64,000 bases of DNA from Macrostomum lignano. Lineage: Eukaryota. The DNA lies in assembly GCA_002269645.1 (NCBI GenBank), contig NIVC01002239.1, positions 1-64,000 of the forward strand, given 5' to 3'. Below are positions 62,260 to 64,000 of the stretch, piece by piece. Each line of letters opens with the position of its first letter. Within the stretch, counting starts at the first letter, position 1. The notes below the pieces were generated by a model that saw nothing but the letters and a program-made list of their open reading frames with translations, did no database searches and was not told the DNA's origin. The position numbers and the translations under genes are program-made.

Positions 62260-63033
62260 TCAGAACACGGACTGGCACTCGCAGATGTACCAGGTTGAGA
62301 TGTCGCATCCATGGTCGTCGATGCCTCCGTTGCCAAAATAAGAGCACAGGTTGGCGCAGCCGCTGCTATTATATTCATTGACTCCGTCGGGCTGCCCGCC
62401 CTGCCAGACACTCGCATCGATGGTCAGGTTGCAGGCGGTCCAGACCCAGTTGGACTTGGTTGTGGCAGTGGATATGTCAGTTGTCAGCTTGCCGCCCAGG
62501 AAGCAGTCGGGGTTGTAGTCTGCCCGCACCAGCAACCTCAGGTACGCGGCTTCCTCGAAATCGATTGCGTCAGCGAACTTCGAAAGTCCCGGTTGCGTAC
62601 TGCAGATTTGGTTGGCAGTTTGCCAATTCTTGTTTGGAGACGATGTAATCTTGTACGAGGTGCCGTATTTGGTATGCTCGTATCCGGTCGGACACAGGCG
62701 ACCCGGAGGTACGCCGGGCAGAGACCTCACATACACAGTCACCTGGTGAGTGCAGTTCGGCACAGACTGCACACGGTGACTGCACGCATCGAACAGGAAC
62801 AGCTTGCACTGACAGGCTCCAGCTGTCAGCAGTCTGAAAGCCTGACACTTGGGCATTTGAGCGCACTGAATGCTGCATTCGAGTGGAGAGCACAGGCCCG
62901 ACACAGTTCGAGTGAACTCGGGGCTCACGCAGTCCACACCGGTGATTGGAGAGAATTTCACTCCGTCAGAGCTGCAGGAATCGGACAGAACTGCCGACAC
63001 CCACAGCAGCTGCAGCAGTGCGAAGAGCAGCAT
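62260..63033 (-). CDS. Secreted PAN/Apple-like + C-type lectin domain protein (QPD motif), paralog of 54372-55124, 257 aa
   Basis: The ATG at 63033 gives a signal peptide MLLFALLQLLWVSAVLS; same Cys framework; WQGGQPDG, GCANL, DDHGCDISTWYICECQSVF. Confidence 0.85.
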   Translation of the reverse strand: MLLFALLQLLWVSAVLSDSCSSDGVKFSPITGVDCVSPEFTRTVSGLCSPLECSIQCAQMPKCQAFRLLTAGACQCKLFLFDACSHRVQSVPNCTHQVTVYVRSLPGVPPGRLCPTGYEHTKYGTSYKITSSPNKNWQTANQICSTQPGLSKFADAIDFEEAAYLRLLVRADYNPDCFLGGKLTTDISTATTKSNWVWTACNLTIDASVWQGGQPDGVNEYNSSGCANLCSYFGNGGIDDHGCDISTWYICECQSVF

Positions 63034-63778
63034 TGGACAGCAGATTGCTGGAATGATCGTTGAGCAGTGGAACTTCAGTGTGAAATAAACGACTACAGTC
63101 TTGCTTCTTGCTTCAATAGCTCCTGTCACGTCTTTCAAGTCTTAGGAGTGATCTTTTTAAGGAGACATTCAGACAGACACTTCTTGCCGTGGAACCTGGC
63201 GCCCGGTGGTTACAAGTCTTCACTTCTCTTTGTTGAGCCTCTTCCAACTTAACTTGTGACTCTGCTGCGCAGAAAATCGAAACAAAAGACAGCATTTCAA
63301 CAGCGCCCTCAAGTCGGTCCTGTGCCTCGCGTCCTCAGTCCCAACCTCTGTAGGATGATTCCACACCCAGTAAAACCCGCGCAGCAGAGCTAAGGACTAC
63401 TAAAGTTACTAAAGCCGTCTTTGAGTAGAGCAAGCTCATGGACAACTGAAGTAAAAGGACGGGGCATTATATTTTCCAAGAAATGTGCAGGAGGCCGATA
63501 AGGCACATATTAGTCGTATCGTTAACTGTAGTGCATTGAGTATGCTGGGAGAAATCCAAATTTCTAGCGAAGTTTTTGCTCCCCCGAATTCGTCTATGGC
63601 AAAACCTATTCAGCGCTTTGCGTTCCCCAAATTATTGGCTGCTATTTTAGACAGATGTGTTTTCGAAACAGTTTACTATGAGTAGCGAGTTGTACACGTA
63701 AACAATAAGTTAGTCTGAGGTAGCAATCGAGCTTGAATCAGGACCATTACAATGGTTCTTACGAGTACTTAATGGTGT

Positions 63779-64000
63779 CTCTTGGTGGGCGCCCTGTCTC
63801 TTAGTCGGGGCCCCTTTTTCTTGGTGGGCGCCCCTGTCTCTTGGTCGGGGCCCCTGTTTCTTGATGGGCGCCCCTGTCTCTTGATGGGCGCCCCTGTCTC
63901 TTGGTGGGCGCCCCTGTCTCTTGATGGGCGCCCCTGTCTCTTGGTGGGTGCCCCTGTCTCTTGATGGGCGACCCTGTCTCTTGGTGGGCGCCCATGTCTC
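63779..64000. repeat. 20-bp minisatellite (CTTGRTGGGCGCCCCTGTCT), running off the window
   Basis: Directly visible. Confidence 0.93.

Overview
Eukaryotic (animal) genomic DNA with GT-AG introns, one scaffold gap (N 21790-21872) and very abundant micro/minisatellites. The style is consistent with a free-living flatworm such as Macrostomum (inference only). From left to right: a 4-exon low-complexity orphan gene (+); a 5-exon dihydropyrimidinase (-); a secreted fibrinogen-domain gene (+); a 2.4-kb block duplicated across the gap; and a head-to-tail array of five divergent Cys-loop ligand-gated ion channel subunit genes (A-E, 24.5-51.4 kb). B and E look intact, A has one in-frame TAG, and C and D are disrupted. 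The array is interleaved with three copies of a tRNA-derived SINE, a hairpin MITE, an RTE-like LINE 3' fragment, a long-TIR element carrying a BEL/Pao gag-protease fragment, and a near-complete Ngaro-type tyrosine-recombinase retrotransposon with split direct repeats. At the right end, two paralogous PAN/Apple + C-type lectin genes (EPN vs QPD) flank a Crypton-like tyrosine recombinase gene and a 1.5-kb (GATA)n. The best candidate for an undescribed system is the channel array: cation-type pore, remodelled ligand site (no loop B Trp, short loop C without vicinal Cys), polar Gln at M2 16', and an extra conserved Cys pair. All exon calls were read by eye from splice signals and phase; no database searches were run.
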